Source of the DNA: Lama guanicoe
Lineage: Eukaryota
Length of the DNA stretch: 64,000 nt
Reading direction: 5' to 3'
NCBI GenBank assembly: GCA_013239625.1
Contig: MU054220.1
Coordinates: 7,103,367-7,167,366, forward strand
Position numbers and translations under genes: made by a program. Shown here piece by piece: positions 52,011 to 64,000 of this stretch; the stretch's first letter is position 1, and the number at the start of each line of letters is the position of its first letter. The notes beneath the pieces were generated by a model that saw nothing but the letters and a program-made list of their open reading frames with translations, had not been told where the DNA came from and made no database searches.

Positions 52011-54027
52011 CACACACATATACATATAACTGAGTCACTATGCTGGTGTGATTAACACAACATTGTAAACTGACTATACTTCAATTAAAAAAAACCTGTT
52101 GCATTTCTTACACTGAAAATCAGAGCAGGAAGTCAAGGAAACACTCCTATTTACAAATTCATCAAAAATAATAAAATGCATAGGAATAAATTTAACAAAA
52201 AAGGTGAAAGGCCAGTACACTAAAAACAGTAAGATGCTGGTGTAAGAAATTGTATGAAACACAAATAAATGGAAAGATATCCCATACTCATAAAGTGGAA
52301 GAATTAATATTGTTAAAATGTCCATACTACCTAAAGCAATCTACAGGTTCAGTACAATCCCTGTCAAAATTCCAATGGCAAATTGCGCAGAACTAGAACA
52401 AATAATTCTAAAATTTGTATGGGCCCACAAGAAAGACCCCAATAGCCAAAGTCATCTTAAGAAAGAAGAATAAAGCCAAAAGTATCATGCTCCCTGACTT
52501 TGAACTATATTGCAAAGCTACAGTAATCAATATGGTGTTGGTATAAATAAAAGCATATAGATCAATGTAACAGAATAGAGAGACCAAAAATGAACCACAT
52601 ATATATTAAATGAATTCATGATAAAGGAGACATTGTACAATGGGGAAAGGGCAATCTCTTCAATCAGGGGTGTTGGGAAAACTAGACAGCTACATTCATG
52701 CAACAGAATGAAACTTGACCACTATCTTACACCATATTCAAAAATTAATGCAAAGTCGCTTAAAGACTTGAATGTAAGACCTGAAACCATAAAAATCCTA
52801 GAAGAAAATATAGGCAGTAAGTTCTTTGGCACTGGTCTTCACAGTGCTTTTTTGAATATGACTCCCAAAGGCAAGGGCAACAATAGCAAAAATAAACAAA
52901 TAAGGCTACATCAAACTAAAAAGCTTCTTCCCAGCAAAGAAAGCAATCGTCAGTGTCAAAGAAGGAGCCTACTGAACGGAAGAATATATTTGCAAATCAT
53001 ATATCCTGAAAAGGATTAATATCCAAAGTATATAAAGAATTTATTCAACTCAATAACAACAAAAAACACAAACATTCTGATTTAAAAAATGGGCAGAGGA
53101 TTTGAAAAGACTTTTTTTTCAAAGAAGATCTAATGGCGGCCGATAGGCACATGAAAAGATACCCAGTATCACTAATCATTGGAGAAATGCAAATCAAAAC
53201 CACAATGAGGTATCAACCTCACACTCATCAGAATGGCTTTTATTAAAAAGACAAGAAGTAAGAAGTGTTGGCAAGAATGCAGAGAAAAGAGTGTCCTTGA
53301 GTGTTGCTGATGGGAATGTAAATTGGTGCAACCACTCTGGAAAACAGTATGGAGATTCCTCAGAAAAATTAAAAATAGAGCTACTGTGTGATCCAGCCAT
53401 TCCATGTCTGGGTATCTATTCAAAGAAAACAAAAATACTAATTTGAAAAAAAATATATGTGCCCCTATGTTCATTGCAGCGTTATTTATAATGGCCAAGA
53501 TATGGAAACAACCTAAGTGTCCATCAATGGATAAATGGGAAAAGAAGATGTGGTGTATATATACACAATGGAACACCACTCAGCCATAAAAGAGAAGGAA
53601 ATCTTGCCATTTGCAATGTGGATTGACCTTGAGGGTATTATGCTAAGTGAAATAAGTTATTCTGAGAAAGACAAATAAAACATGATTTCACTTATGTGTG
53701 GAATATAAAAAACAAACCAAACAAACAAAGCAAAATGAGACCCAGACTCACAGGTAAAGAGAACAGATTGGTGGTTGTCAAAAGAGAGAGAGAGGCTGGG
53801 CACGGCAAAATGAATGAAGGAGATCAAGAGTTACAAACTTCCAGTTATAAGATAAACAAGGTACTGGGATATAATGAATAGCATGGGAAACACAGTCAAT
53901 AATACTGTATCAACTTTGCATGTTGACAGATAATTAACCTTGTGATCATTTCACAATGTATACAAATGCTGAATCACTGTTGTACCATGAAACTAATATA
54001 TTGCATGTCAAATATACTTCAATAAAA
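51211..54027 (+). mobile_element. 5'-truncated L1: ORF2 RT to C-terminus plus 3'UTR, frameshifted
   Basis: 'ctatttgcagatgacgtgat' (L-F-A-D-D RT motif at ~51368). ORF 52618-53019 has 'MKLDHYLTPYSKINAKSLKDLNVRPETIKILEENIG'. ORF 53404-53589 has 'CAPMFIAALFIMAKIWKQPKCPSMDKW'. Ends 'aatatacttcaataaaa'. Confidence 0.92.
51509..52089 (+). mobile_element. Younger L1 3' end nested inside the L1 above
   Basis: 'gacatggaagcaacctaaatatccatcaacagatgactggataaagaag...(TA)n(TG)n...aactgactatacttcaatt'; perfect 14-bp TSD aaaaacctgttgca (51495-51508, 52090-52103). Confidence 0.92.
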
Positions 54028-56539
54028 GTTTTTATGACTACTCTCATTGTATTCATTTTATTGAATATTTGTGGATATATTATAGTGAAGAAAAGTAATC
54101 AAAAATTTTAATTTTTCAATTCTCTCTGTATACCCCCAATCCCAATTCACTCCACCTGCCATACACACATTTCTTAAATTTTGCATTCACAGTTTATTTA
54201 GAGGAGAGCAGTTTTCAAACAAGTTAGGTGAGCAAAAGTAGGTGTATGATTAAATCATAATCCAGCACTGTTATTTATCTATTTTTTTTCCCTGTTTCCT
54301 ATAGTAATAGAATGCAAACAATGCTAGCCAACATTTGAACTCCGTAGTGGCCCAATGGTTAACTTCTCATGTTTCTGCTCATGAGAATAAAAGAAAAATC
54401 AGAAATATGCATAGTTTCTTTTGTCTATTAGTTTTGTATGTTGGAAAATAGTATATTAAGTAGAAGTGACCATGTACCTGAGCAGGATGGAAAGTAGGAT
54501 GAAGGGGAGAGTTACTTAGAAAAATTAGAATATGCTAAAGCAATAGAAAATATAAGCAATTTTAATGAAATCATTTCTCAAACAAAATTTTCAATTATTC
54601 ATTTTAAAACACTGAGAGTGACAAAACTCATACACCCATGCAGTCATTAGATTTTTACTTTCCTAGAACCACAGATGACAAATTGCCAAGGAAATACCAG
54701 TTTTCTTTTTACTCAAAGTATTGAAATTACCTTTAAATTTTATAATCATCCAAAACCACAGAGTTAGTCTTTGCCATTGTTCTTTAGAGAAAATTCACCA
54801 AAAAGGAAGAGAATTAATTAATAGAATTACAAGTTATAAGTTCTTTCAACTGTCCGGCTGGTCACCTTAAACATTTTCAATATTAAAAGTAGTACTTTAT
54901 GATGAATCAAAAAGTTTTGCTGATCTTGAGTTGCCCAGGGAATTATCTGCTTTGCACCTTTCAATAAATGATCCATGGACCTAAATTAGCAAAAAAAAAA
55001 AAAAGTTTTGCTGAAAACCACACTGGATCACTGATGACATTGTTTACATTGAGACCTGTGATTTAAAAAAAAAAGTTCAGTATGCTAAACATGTTCAATC
55101 AGTACAATTTTAAAAAATATATTATGTGCCTATTGTATGCAAGATGCTGCTCTAGGACTTTGGGGTAAGAGAGAGAGAATTATGATCAAGGTACCTTTTC
55201 TGCCAGATTTATAGTCTAGAACGTTAACTATTTCAAAGCATGAATTCACACAACAGACCCATAAAGTAGGTTGTTTTTTTTTTTTATCATTTTAAAGATT
55301 AAAAAAACAGACCCACATACGTTAAACACTTTTTCCAGCTAACTGATGTGGAATTGGGGGTATTTTTGATTCTAACACCCAGGTTATTTTCATTATATCA
55401 TGGAAAGATAAGGCATTCTGTAGTTTGGGACCAGCCCTATAACTGATCTAAAGAAACGTACCACAGCTGACACAGTTACAAAGAAACCACGGATGGTAGA
55501 GTGGGGTCTGTCAACCCTGAACCAATGGAAGGATGCCAGCTCCTACAGAGTTAGAGAATCCGTTCCTGCGAGGACTCCAGTGTGCAGAAACACGACCTGT
55601 CACACTCGGGCTGTGAAATCTACCTTAATCAAGAGGAGGAAAAGGTGCAAAAGCACCCCCTGGGCCTTTGTAACTAGTTACTCATCTTGAACCAGGCATA
55701 GGGAAGGAGTGAACGTAAGCCCCCAGCAAAGAGCATCCATCTGTGGCTCCCTGCGGGCCCCTGAGTAACTGGAGGAGGCACAACTTTTATTTTTTTTCCC
55801 CAGAGGGAAGAAATTTTAATTTTATTTAGTAATTCACTTTTTGATGCTGTTTTTAATTTCTGAAAATTAAAAAGAAAATAAATACAATATTGCTGTATAA
55901 ATTTGACAGTCTACTAGCAATTTTTAAATCATGGTAATCTTTTTGTTTCCTCTACAGTTCTCATTTAGTCAAACCATACAGTAATACCATACAGAAATTT
56001 TGCTGACACTGCGCAATAAAAATTATTCAAAGTGGGATAATGAATCATCTTTGAGAATTATTTTTATCATGGTTTCTAATAATGTCCATGAGATCAGCTC
56101 CTGGAACCAGATTATTCTGCATCTGTTGCTCTGAAGCAAACTTGTAACATCAGGAACCTCCTTCTCTCTTTATAATCTAGCAGTCAGAAATATTATCAAG
56201 TTTTTTTCTATCAGACCCCCCTAAATTTTATTTGTCATGAAGGTAACTCTGAATTGATGAGATTTATGTATATTCTACGCAGACCTATGAAGAAAGCTTA
56301 GGCGATCTTAATTATTGCCCTAGAGTCATTTCCACGTTAAAAACCACTTCTCAAATGGTTTCGTCATGACACTATTATCAAGTCTTCTGAGGAATAAGAT
56401 TAGTAGTGGGCATGCAAGCTGAGTGCTTTTCCTTACTTCATTTCCGTTATGATTTTGATCATGTTGGTTGCTACTATTGGATTATTGCAAATCAAAATTA
56501 GTTTAAAACTATACTGTCTTTCAGAAGTTAGTAGCAGGT

Positions 56540-56800
56540 ACTCAGCAAAATTAGTTTCTTGAAATGTTCTATAAAAGTGAAAAAGGGGAGGAGGGACTTT
56601 TGTAGTAAATTAAGTTTGATAAATTCTCCATATATTAGCTTACTTCATGGAGAGCCACCATGCATAAAATCAAAGTCTCTGAAATGCCCTATAAAAGTGG
56701 GATCTGATTAACTCTATTTAGTGCAATGATTCCAAAACATATTTGACTATAGAACCTTTTTTTTTTACATTAAACTTTAGAACATGTTCTTTGGAGACCT
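56540..56800 (-). mobile_element. MER103-like hAT-Charlie remnant
   Basis: 'aagtttgataaatt...catggagagccaccatgcat...aaagtctctgaaatgccct...ccaaaacatatttgactatagaacctttt'. Confidence 0.5.
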
Positions 56801-56994
56801 TGGTTAAATCTTTATGATAAAAAGAAGTCAAGTTTCCAAATAGCCACAAGTTCGTATGGAACATATAATCAATAGTTACGTTGCACTAGCTCTGTTTAAA
56901 AATAATTTTTAAAAGACTTTTAAAAATATCAACTGCAGGCATGTAAAATGAGTATTATAGGGTTTAAGAGTAGAAAATATAAAACAAGATTTCA

Positions 56995-57136
56995 GGGGAG
57001 AGGGTATAGCTCAGTGGTAGAGCATATGCTTAGTATGCACGAAGTCCTGGGATCAATCCCTAGTACCTCCATTAAAATAAGTAAGTAAGTAAATAAACCT
57101 AATTACCTCCCCCTAAACAAACAAAAAGAGAGAGAA
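56995..57136 (+). mobile_element. Camelid tRNA-Ala-derived SINE (Vic-1 type)
   Basis: 'ggggagagggtatagctcagtggtagagcatatgcttagtatgcacgaagtcctgggatcaatccctagtacctccattaaaataa...aaataaacctaattacctccccc'; perfect 13-bp TSD aaaacaagatttc (56981-56993, 57137-57149). Confidence 0.92.
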
Positions 57137-57833
57137 AAAACAAGATTTCTATAGTTTGATGAATTATTCAGCTTTAGGAAGGTTTCAGTTGTAGAGTATC
57201 TGTGAAGAATTATACTTAATTCTGGCTGAACTGAAGAAACATGGTGCTTCAAATTAAAGTGCTTCTTTGGAAGAAGTAAACAGGATGGTGAATATTCTGT
57301 AAGTTTTGTTATATGGTTAATTAACGAAAACATCTAGGAATCAAAAACATTGACACGAGACGACTTGGGCTGCCATTTTATTGTCTTCAAAGCTACTGTA
57401 ATGGCTTCGTCACTGATATATTAGCTTTCATTCTTCATTCTTTTCCTAACTCAGCCTTTACACAAGAGCTAGAGTGATTACTTCCAAATATAAATGATAT
57501 TGTGTCATCTCTGTATTGAAAATCCACAATCCTGACCATGGTCTGTAAAGTCTTACTAGTCAGTATCCTGGTTGCCTTTGAATTCATTTTCTACTCAACT
57601 CAAAACCACAATGGTTTTCTCGTGAGATTTCCAAAACTCCTACATTAGTCTTTGATCTTGTGATTTCCTTTGCCTAGAGGACTCTTTCAATAGCTATGCC
57701 TGTGTCTCTCCTCTGCATTTACTCCTCCTAAATGAGAACTTTCCTGACTGCTCTTCCCCACTCTCTCCTCTCTTTTACTGCATCACTTTTCTACTCAGCA
57801 CATAATATTGGCTGATACGATGTGATACACTTG

Positions 57834-58887
57834 CAGGCAGAAATATTATGGTTTGGTTCTGACCACCACAATACAGGGAATATCACATTGTATCAAGTCA
57901 CACAGATTTCTCCTTTCCCAGGGCATATAAAAGTTATGGTTACACTTTCCTGTAGCCTATTGAAATGTTGCATAAAAATGTGTTACAGCTCAGTTGCGAC
58001 AACAACCTGGATCCAGGCGAGAGACCGAGCAGCACTCAGAAAGTTGGAGAACTCAAGTTTATTATGCCATCGTGCCCAGAGTAGTTAACACTTAAAGCTC
58101 TGGGCACCCCATCCGTAGGTTTACACAGGCCTTTAATAGGCTGCCAGTTTTACACTTTGCAACATCATATGCAAATAAAGTACAACAGAAATTGACCAAC
58201 CAGGAACAAGCTTTGTAGAAATAGCCCAATCAGGAGTGAGGTCCATGCAAATGAAGTACTACAAATGGACCAATCAGAAGTTAGGGAAGTGGACCAATCA
58301 GAAGTGAGAGTAATAACCAATCAGAAGTGAGAGTAATAACCAATCAGGAGTGAAGGAAAGTGAGTTTAGGGAACCAATAGAATTCTAGGTGTAAGTTAGC
58401 CACTTTAGAGGCGAAGAGTGAGATAAAGCCTCTGAGCCAGGGAACCGGACGCTAGTGGGAGGAGAGCAGCAGCCCTGCCTAGGGGTCCTGCTGGTCTTTT
58501 TATGGGGCTTCCTGCCTCAAAATGTGCAATAGAATTATATTTTTTTAAAGTAAAAACAAAAAACAAAAAACAAAAAACAATGTATATACCTTAACTATAA
58601 TATACTTTATTGCTAAAAAATTTTGACCATCATCTGAGCCTTTGGTGAGTTTTAGGAGGAACATCAAAGGTCACTGATCACCATAACAAATACAATAAAA
58701 AATTTAAATGTTTGAAATATTGCAAGAATTACCTAATGTGACACAGAGATGTGAAGTGAGTAAATGCTATCGGGAAAACAGTGCCATAGACTTGCTCAAC
58801 ACAGAGCTGCCACAAACCTTCAATTGGTAAAAAAAGAAATCTCTGCAAAACACTATACACAAAGCACAATAAAATGAGATATGCCTG
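57834..58887 (-). mobile_element. Internally deleted Tigger1-derived DNA transposon (TcMar), split by a solo LTR
   Basis: Termini 'caggc...' and '...caataaaatgagatatgcctg'; Tigger1 motifs 'gaccaccacaata', 'gcatataaaagttatg', 'tttgaaatattgcaagaattacc', 'catagacttgctcaacacagagctgccacaaaccttcaat'. Confidence 0.85.
57981..58519 (-). mobile_element. Young ERV solo LTR (539 bp)
   Basis: TG...CA termini and 5-bp TSD aaatg (57976-57980, 58520-58524). On the minus strand the order is CCAAT-box array, TATTAAA, then AATAAA. Several CpGs retained. Confidence 0.85.
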
Positions 58888-59304
58888 CATTTGTTTACCT
58901 ATTCTCTTCATATTAATGGAAGTGATGCTAAATGCTATAAAAGATAAAATTGTGTTATTTTTAGCAGCATGGTAAAAGAGAAGATAGTTTTCCTATGTGT
59001 AGAAAGTTTGAATGTCATTGGCAGCAGGGATATGGGACTGGGAATCTGCCCCACAGAGTCATTCAAGAAGAAAGGCTGACATGTTTGACCTGTGGCTTTC
59101 AGGTTCATCCTGCATCTCCGTAGAGCCAGCAGGCAATGGAAGAGAGTGGTTTGTATGTGGGAACTATTGATGAGCCAGACCTGAAAATAGTACACATCAC
59201 TGCCTTTTACATTCCTTTTGCTGGAACTCAGCCCTGTGGACACATATGACTGTAGGAAATATTAGGGTATGTACTTCACCTGTCAGTCGAGAAGGAAGAG
59301 TAGA

Positions 59305-59450
59305 TCTCATCACAAGAAGAAAAAATTGTTAACTATGTGGTGATGGATGTTAACTAGACATTGCATTGATTCTTTCACAATCATATATCATTATATTGTA
59401 TACCTAAAACTAATTATGTCAATTATATCTTAAATAAATAAATGATTAAA
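59305..59450 (+). mobile_element. Very short L1 3' end
   Basis: 'tctcatcacaagaagaaaaaattgttaactatgtggtgatggatgttaactagac...gtcaattatatctt' plus A-rich tail; perfect 15-bp TSD agaaggaagagtaga (59290-59304, 60232-60246). Confidence 0.8.
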
Positions 59451-59459
59451 TAAGATTTT

Positions 59460-60219
59460 CTTTTATTAAAGTATAGTTGATTTATAAGGTTGTGTTAGTT
59501 TCAGGTGTACAGCAAGTAATCCAGTTATACATATACATACATATATATGTATATTCCTTTTCAGATTCTTGGTTCCATTATAGGTTATTACAAGATACTG
59601 AATACAGTTCCTTATGCTATACAGTATGTCCTTGATGTTTATCTATTTTATATATATATATATATAGTAGTGTATATATGTTAATCCTAGACTCCTGGTT
59701 TATCCCTTCCCCCTACTCCATTCTCCTTTGATAACCATAATTTTTTTTACATGTCAATTTCTGGTTTGTGAATAAGTTCATATGTACCATTTTTTTAGAT
59801 TATACATAAAAGTGGTATATTAGGGTATTTGTCTTTCTCTGTCTGACTTAATTCACTTAATATAATAATCTCTAAGTCTATTTATGTTGCTGCAAATTGC
59901 ATTATTTCATTCTTTTTTATGACTGAGTAATATTTTATTGGGTATTTTAACAGCACACCTTCTTTATCCAGTCATCTGTCAATGGACATTTAGGTTGCTT
60001 CCATGACTTGGCTATTGTAAATAGTGCTGCTATGAACATTGGGTTGTACGTATTTTTCAAATTAGAGTTTTATCCACATACGTGCCCAGGAGTGGGATTG
60101 CTGGATCATATGGTAACTCTGCTTTTAGTTTTTAAGGAACCTCCATATTGTTCTTCACAGTGGCTGCACCATTTGTTGACATTCCCACCAACAGTGTAGG
60201 AGGGTTCCTTTTTCTCCAG
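59460..60219 (-). mobile_element. L1 3' end inserted into the A-tail of the preceding L1 fragment
   Basis: 'ttttattaaagtatagttgattt...ggacatttaggttgcttccatgacttggctattgtaaatagtgctgctatgaacatt...cccaccaacagtgtaggagggttcc'; TSD taagatttt (59451-59459, 60220-60228). Confidence 0.88.
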
Positions 60220-60404
60220 TAAGATTTTTAAAGAAGGAAGAGTAGAGAGGTTTGGTGAATAACAACCAAGGTTCTATTACATATTTCAAATCTGAAGGTA
60301 AATTTCATAAGGCAGGGATTTTGATTAGATTACTACTGTATCCCCATTACCAAGGACAGTACCTGGTACATATTACCTACTCAACTAAAAATAAATAAAT
60401 AGAA

Positions 60405-60650
60405 ACATCATAATTATTTCAGGCTTCGTATGTGTCAGGCTCAGGTCTGTGTGCTTAACATAAAATATTTTGCAAAATGACCATATATGGTAGGTGTCAT
60501 TACTGTCACATTTTACAATTGAAGTTAATGAGGCACAGAGATCACGGAAAAACTTTCCTGAAGTCAAAGAGACAGTCAAAGTCTGAGGAGAGATTGGAAT
60601 TCAGTTTGTCTGGATCTAAAACTCATGTTCTTAACTGCTTTGTACAGTGA
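60405..60650 (-). mobile_element. MIR SINE
   Basis: 'cattttacaattgaagttaatgaggcacagag...ggaattcagtttgtctggatctaaaactcatgttcttaac'. Confidence 0.65.
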
Positions 60651-62129
60651 GACTCTAGCTATTTATTGAGTAAATAATTACATAAGTAAGAAATTTCAGA
60701 AGTTGAGCACATCCATTGTATTTGGGATGGGCACACTTACAAAAAATAAACTTCTCCTTGCTGCCAGTGTGTTATCAGGGGCAGGATGACAACATATAAG
60801 GAGAATGAGAGATTCCCTGCCTGTGTAGACATCTGAACTCAGTACATCCAACAGTTACCCTGACTATAAATCTAAGATTTTCTACTTTCACTTTCTGGTC
60901 ATGTAATACATTTTTCATGCTGTAGCAAAGTAAATACAATTAGAATCTCTTACATTTCTATTAAAAGTCTTAATCTTTTTTTTTTGATTGTTTATTGGGA
61001 ACGATGCTTGAAAAGCCCTTTACTAAGAAAGTCCACCTTCTGTTACACATCCTAATAAGAGAAGACGTATGTATAGGGTTTATATAGACTAAAAAAGAAA
61101 TGTTAAGCCTAAATTCTAATTCAGAAATTGATTTCTGTGCTATGCCTTTAAATGTCATTCACAAAAAGCCACCTCCTTCTTTATATAATACAAATATATG
61201 TAAAGTGATCCTCTAGCACAGACACACAGTTCACATTCTGACTTCTGTGTTCATGGTAATGGTTTCTGCACCTAAAAATATGTAACACAGGAAACAGGAA
61301 CAATTATGAGACACTACAATGTATAAAACTTTTCCATTTAAAATGTCCCTGGATTTTTTTATATATTTAAAAAGTAAACATAAAGCATGTTATTTATGAA
61401 TGAAAAATCTGTAGTTGCCCAGTTATTTTAAAAGTTATAAATACATAGGATGTGAATCATTCAGATATAGGTTAACTAACAATTCTCAGAGAACACTGAT
61501 GATGACCAGTGTTGAATGGTTTCAGTGACTTCAGTGATTTCCAGTGGCCAAAACATTGTTATCTTGTTTGTTGTGGCTTTGATTTCTTGTTTTGTTGTTT
61601 TTGTTCTTGTTGTTTTTCTGCCATAATTTTGCTTGGAATAGGAAATGTAGAAGGAATTTGGACCATTGAATTATATGAATTAATATAGAGCCTTTGAACA
61701 TTTTGAGTCTGAAAAAAATACATAATTCTTTCAAAACTGAAGGGAGAAGAAAAGTACTTCCACTAGGAATGTCAAAGGGTTGTCATTGCCAAGACGTAAT
61801 TTCCATTTAGAAAATGAACCATAATAGTGAAGAGTGAGCTCAGAGTAAATGTTGTAGACAGTGCTTTCAGATTACATCTTCCTGAATTATAGCTGGTGAT
61901 CTGTAACAGTGAAGAAAATGAAGGAAAAAAATTAAAAAGAAAAGAAAGAGATGAAAGGAGGGATGGAGGGAGGAAGAAACAGAGAATGAGAAAAAGAAAT
62001 AAAATGAAAAATTGAGATAGATTCCACCAACTAAGTTGATGCTTTATCATACTTCCCTTTCTGCTGACGGGCTGGCTTGCTTCTTTATGTGTATTTACAC
62101 CCATGTATGTACATCTGTGTATATATGCA

Positions 62130-63940
62130 CATATCTGGTGTCATATCCAAAAAATTGTTGCCAAGACCAATGTCAAAGAACTTTTTTCCCTGTGTGTTCT
62201 TCTAGGAGTTTTATGGTTTTGCTTCTTACATTTAAGTCTTTAATCCATTTCAAGTTATTTTTCTGACTGGTGTAACGAATGGATCCAGTTTTATTCTTTT
62301 GTATGTAAATATCCTGTATTAGCAACAACATTTATTAAAAAGACTATCTTTTCCCCATTGAGTAGTCATGACTCCCTCATCAAATATCAGTTAACTGAAT
62401 ATGCATAGGTTTATTTCTGGGCTCTCTAGTCTATGCCATTGGTCTATGTGTTTCTTTTTATGCCAGTACCATACTGTTTTGTTATATAGCTTTGAAATAT
62501 AGTTTTAAATAAGGACGTCCTCCTGGCTGTTTCTGAAGATTTTCTTAGCTATTGGAGGTCTTTATGGTTCCATACTAATTTAACTTTTTTAAGTCTATAA
62601 AAATACCATTAAAATTTTGATAAGGATTACATTGAAACTATAAATAGCTTTAAATCTATATAAGCTAGTATACTGGTATATGTCCAGTGTACTAGTACAT
62701 ATCTAGTACAGACATTTTAACAATACTAATTATGATCCATGAATATTGGATATCTTTCATTTATTTGTGTGTTCTTCAATTTCTTTCAGCTATATCTTAT
62801 AGTTTTCAGTTAGATCTTTTAATTCTTTGATTAAATTTATTCCTAAGTATTTTATTATTTTTGATGCTGTTGTAAATGGGATTGTTTTCCTTATTTCTTT
62901 TTCAGATATGTTATTGTTAGTGTATAGAAATATAACTAATTTTGTATGCTCATTCTGTATCCTGCAACTTTACTGAATTAATTTATTAGTTCTAACAGCT
63001 TTTTGGTGGAATTCATAGGGTTTTTATATATAAATCACATCATAAGCAGAGACAATTTTGCTTCCTCCTTTCCGATTGAGATGACTTTTGTTTCTTGTAT
63101 TTGCCTAATTTCTCTGGCTGGGACATCTAGTAGTATGTTTAAAAAGAGTGATGAGAGTGGGCACCCTTGTCTTGTTCCCGATTTTAGAAGAAAATATTTA
63201 AGCTTTTCACCATTGAGTATGATGCTAACTGTGGGTTTCACACACATGGCCTTTATTATGTTAAGGTATGTTCCTTCTATACCCAATTTGTTGAGAACTT
63301 TTATCATGAAAGGGTGTTGAATCTTATCACCTTTTCTGCATTTGTTGAAAGGATGACATGATTTTTATCCTTCATTCTATAATATGGTTTATCATGTGTA
63401 CTGGTTAGTGTATGTTGAACCATCCTTGCATTTCAGAAATGAACTCTGCCTGATCATGATACATGATCCTTTTAGAGTGCTATTGAATTGGTTTGCTAGA
63501 ATCTTTTTGAGAATTTTTGTATCTATATTCATCAAGGATATTGTCCTGTAGTTTTCTTTTCTTGTGGTGTCTTTATCTGGCTTATATATCAGGGTAATGC
63601 TGGCCACACAAAATGATTTTGGGAATGTTCCCTCCCCTTCAGTTCTTTAGACATGTTTGAGAAGGACTGATGTTAATTCTTGTTTGAAAGTTTGTTGAAA
63701 TTCACCAGTAGAGTCATTTGGTCTGGGCTTTCCTTTATTGTGAAAGTTTTGATGACTTCTTCAATCTCCTTAATTCTTGTTCATCTGTTCAAATTTTCTG
63801 TTTCTTTGTGATTCAACCTTGGTAGGTTGTACATTTCTAGGAATTCATTTATTCTATGTTCTCCAATTTTTGACCTATAATTGTTCATAGCAATCTCTTA
63901 GAATCCTTTGTATTTATGTGGTGTCATTTGTAATGTCTCC
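62130..63940 (-). mobile_element. L1 ORF2 internal fragment (RT domain), decayed
   Basis: ORF 63035-63307 '[20 protein letters not shown]...[10 protein letters not shown]' and ORF 63392-63607 '[38 protein letters not shown]' are clear L1 ORF2 peptides. Confidence 0.93.
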
Positions 63941-64000
63941 TGCCAGGCCTCTGAGCAAACTGGACTTGTTTCTGACAATAAGTATAGGGCTCAGGATTTC

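Larger units (their letters stand above)
58985..60285 (-). mobile_element. MLT1 (J/K-like) LTR remnant interrupted by two nested L1 fragments
   Basis: 'gagccagacctgaaaatagtacacatcactgcc...cattccttttgctggaactcagc' before the insert; 'gaggtttggtgaataacaacc' after it. Confidence 0.55.

Noticed and set aside
52618..53589. L1 ORF2 peptides as functional CDS (also 63035-63607 and 33926-34593)
   Set aside because: Fragmented by stops and frameshifts; dead retrotransposon copies.
56995..57071. tRNA-Ala(AGC)-like sequences (also at 6343-6417, 30705-30780, 44664-44739)
   Set aside because: They have stem and anticodon-region substitutions, A-rich tails and, in two cases, clear TSDs. These are SINEs, not tRNA genes.
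58290..58350. 23-bp direct repeats as a CRISPR-like array
   Set aside because: Contiguous tandem repeats without spacers, inside an LTR U3 region.

Overview
This is 64 kb of AT-rich, CpG-depleted mammalian non-coding DNA (intronic or intergenic), most likely from a camelid (Camelus/Vicugna/Lama). Four tRNA-Ala(AGC)-derived SINEs of the camelid Vic-1 type and cetartiodactyl-style L1 3' ends point to that lineage. I found no intact protein-coding gene, RNA gene or CRISPR array. The only ORFs with recognisable homology are decayed LINE-1 ORF1/ORF2 fragments. Much of the window is layered transposon debris: L1, L2, L3/CR1, MIR, MLT1, MER5A/20/33/58/63/103, Tigger1 and one young solo LTR. Repeat-free, TF-motif-rich stretches lie between these and may be conserved enhancers. 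The most notable observations are: (1) a near-perfect ~600-bp tandem duplication (38217-39423) whose copies differ only in microsatellite length; (2) a young solo LTR with six CCAAT boxes and two octamers nested in a Tigger1 derivative; (3) a non-repeat CpG-enriched patch at ~36.9-37.5 kb with promoter-like motifs; (4) several nested insertions delimited by target-site duplications (TSDs); (5) two non-canonical insertions inside L1 copies. I could not support a new multi-gene biological system. Repeat family names come from recognising consensus motifs by eye, not from a database search. Boundaries are approximate unless a TSD is given.
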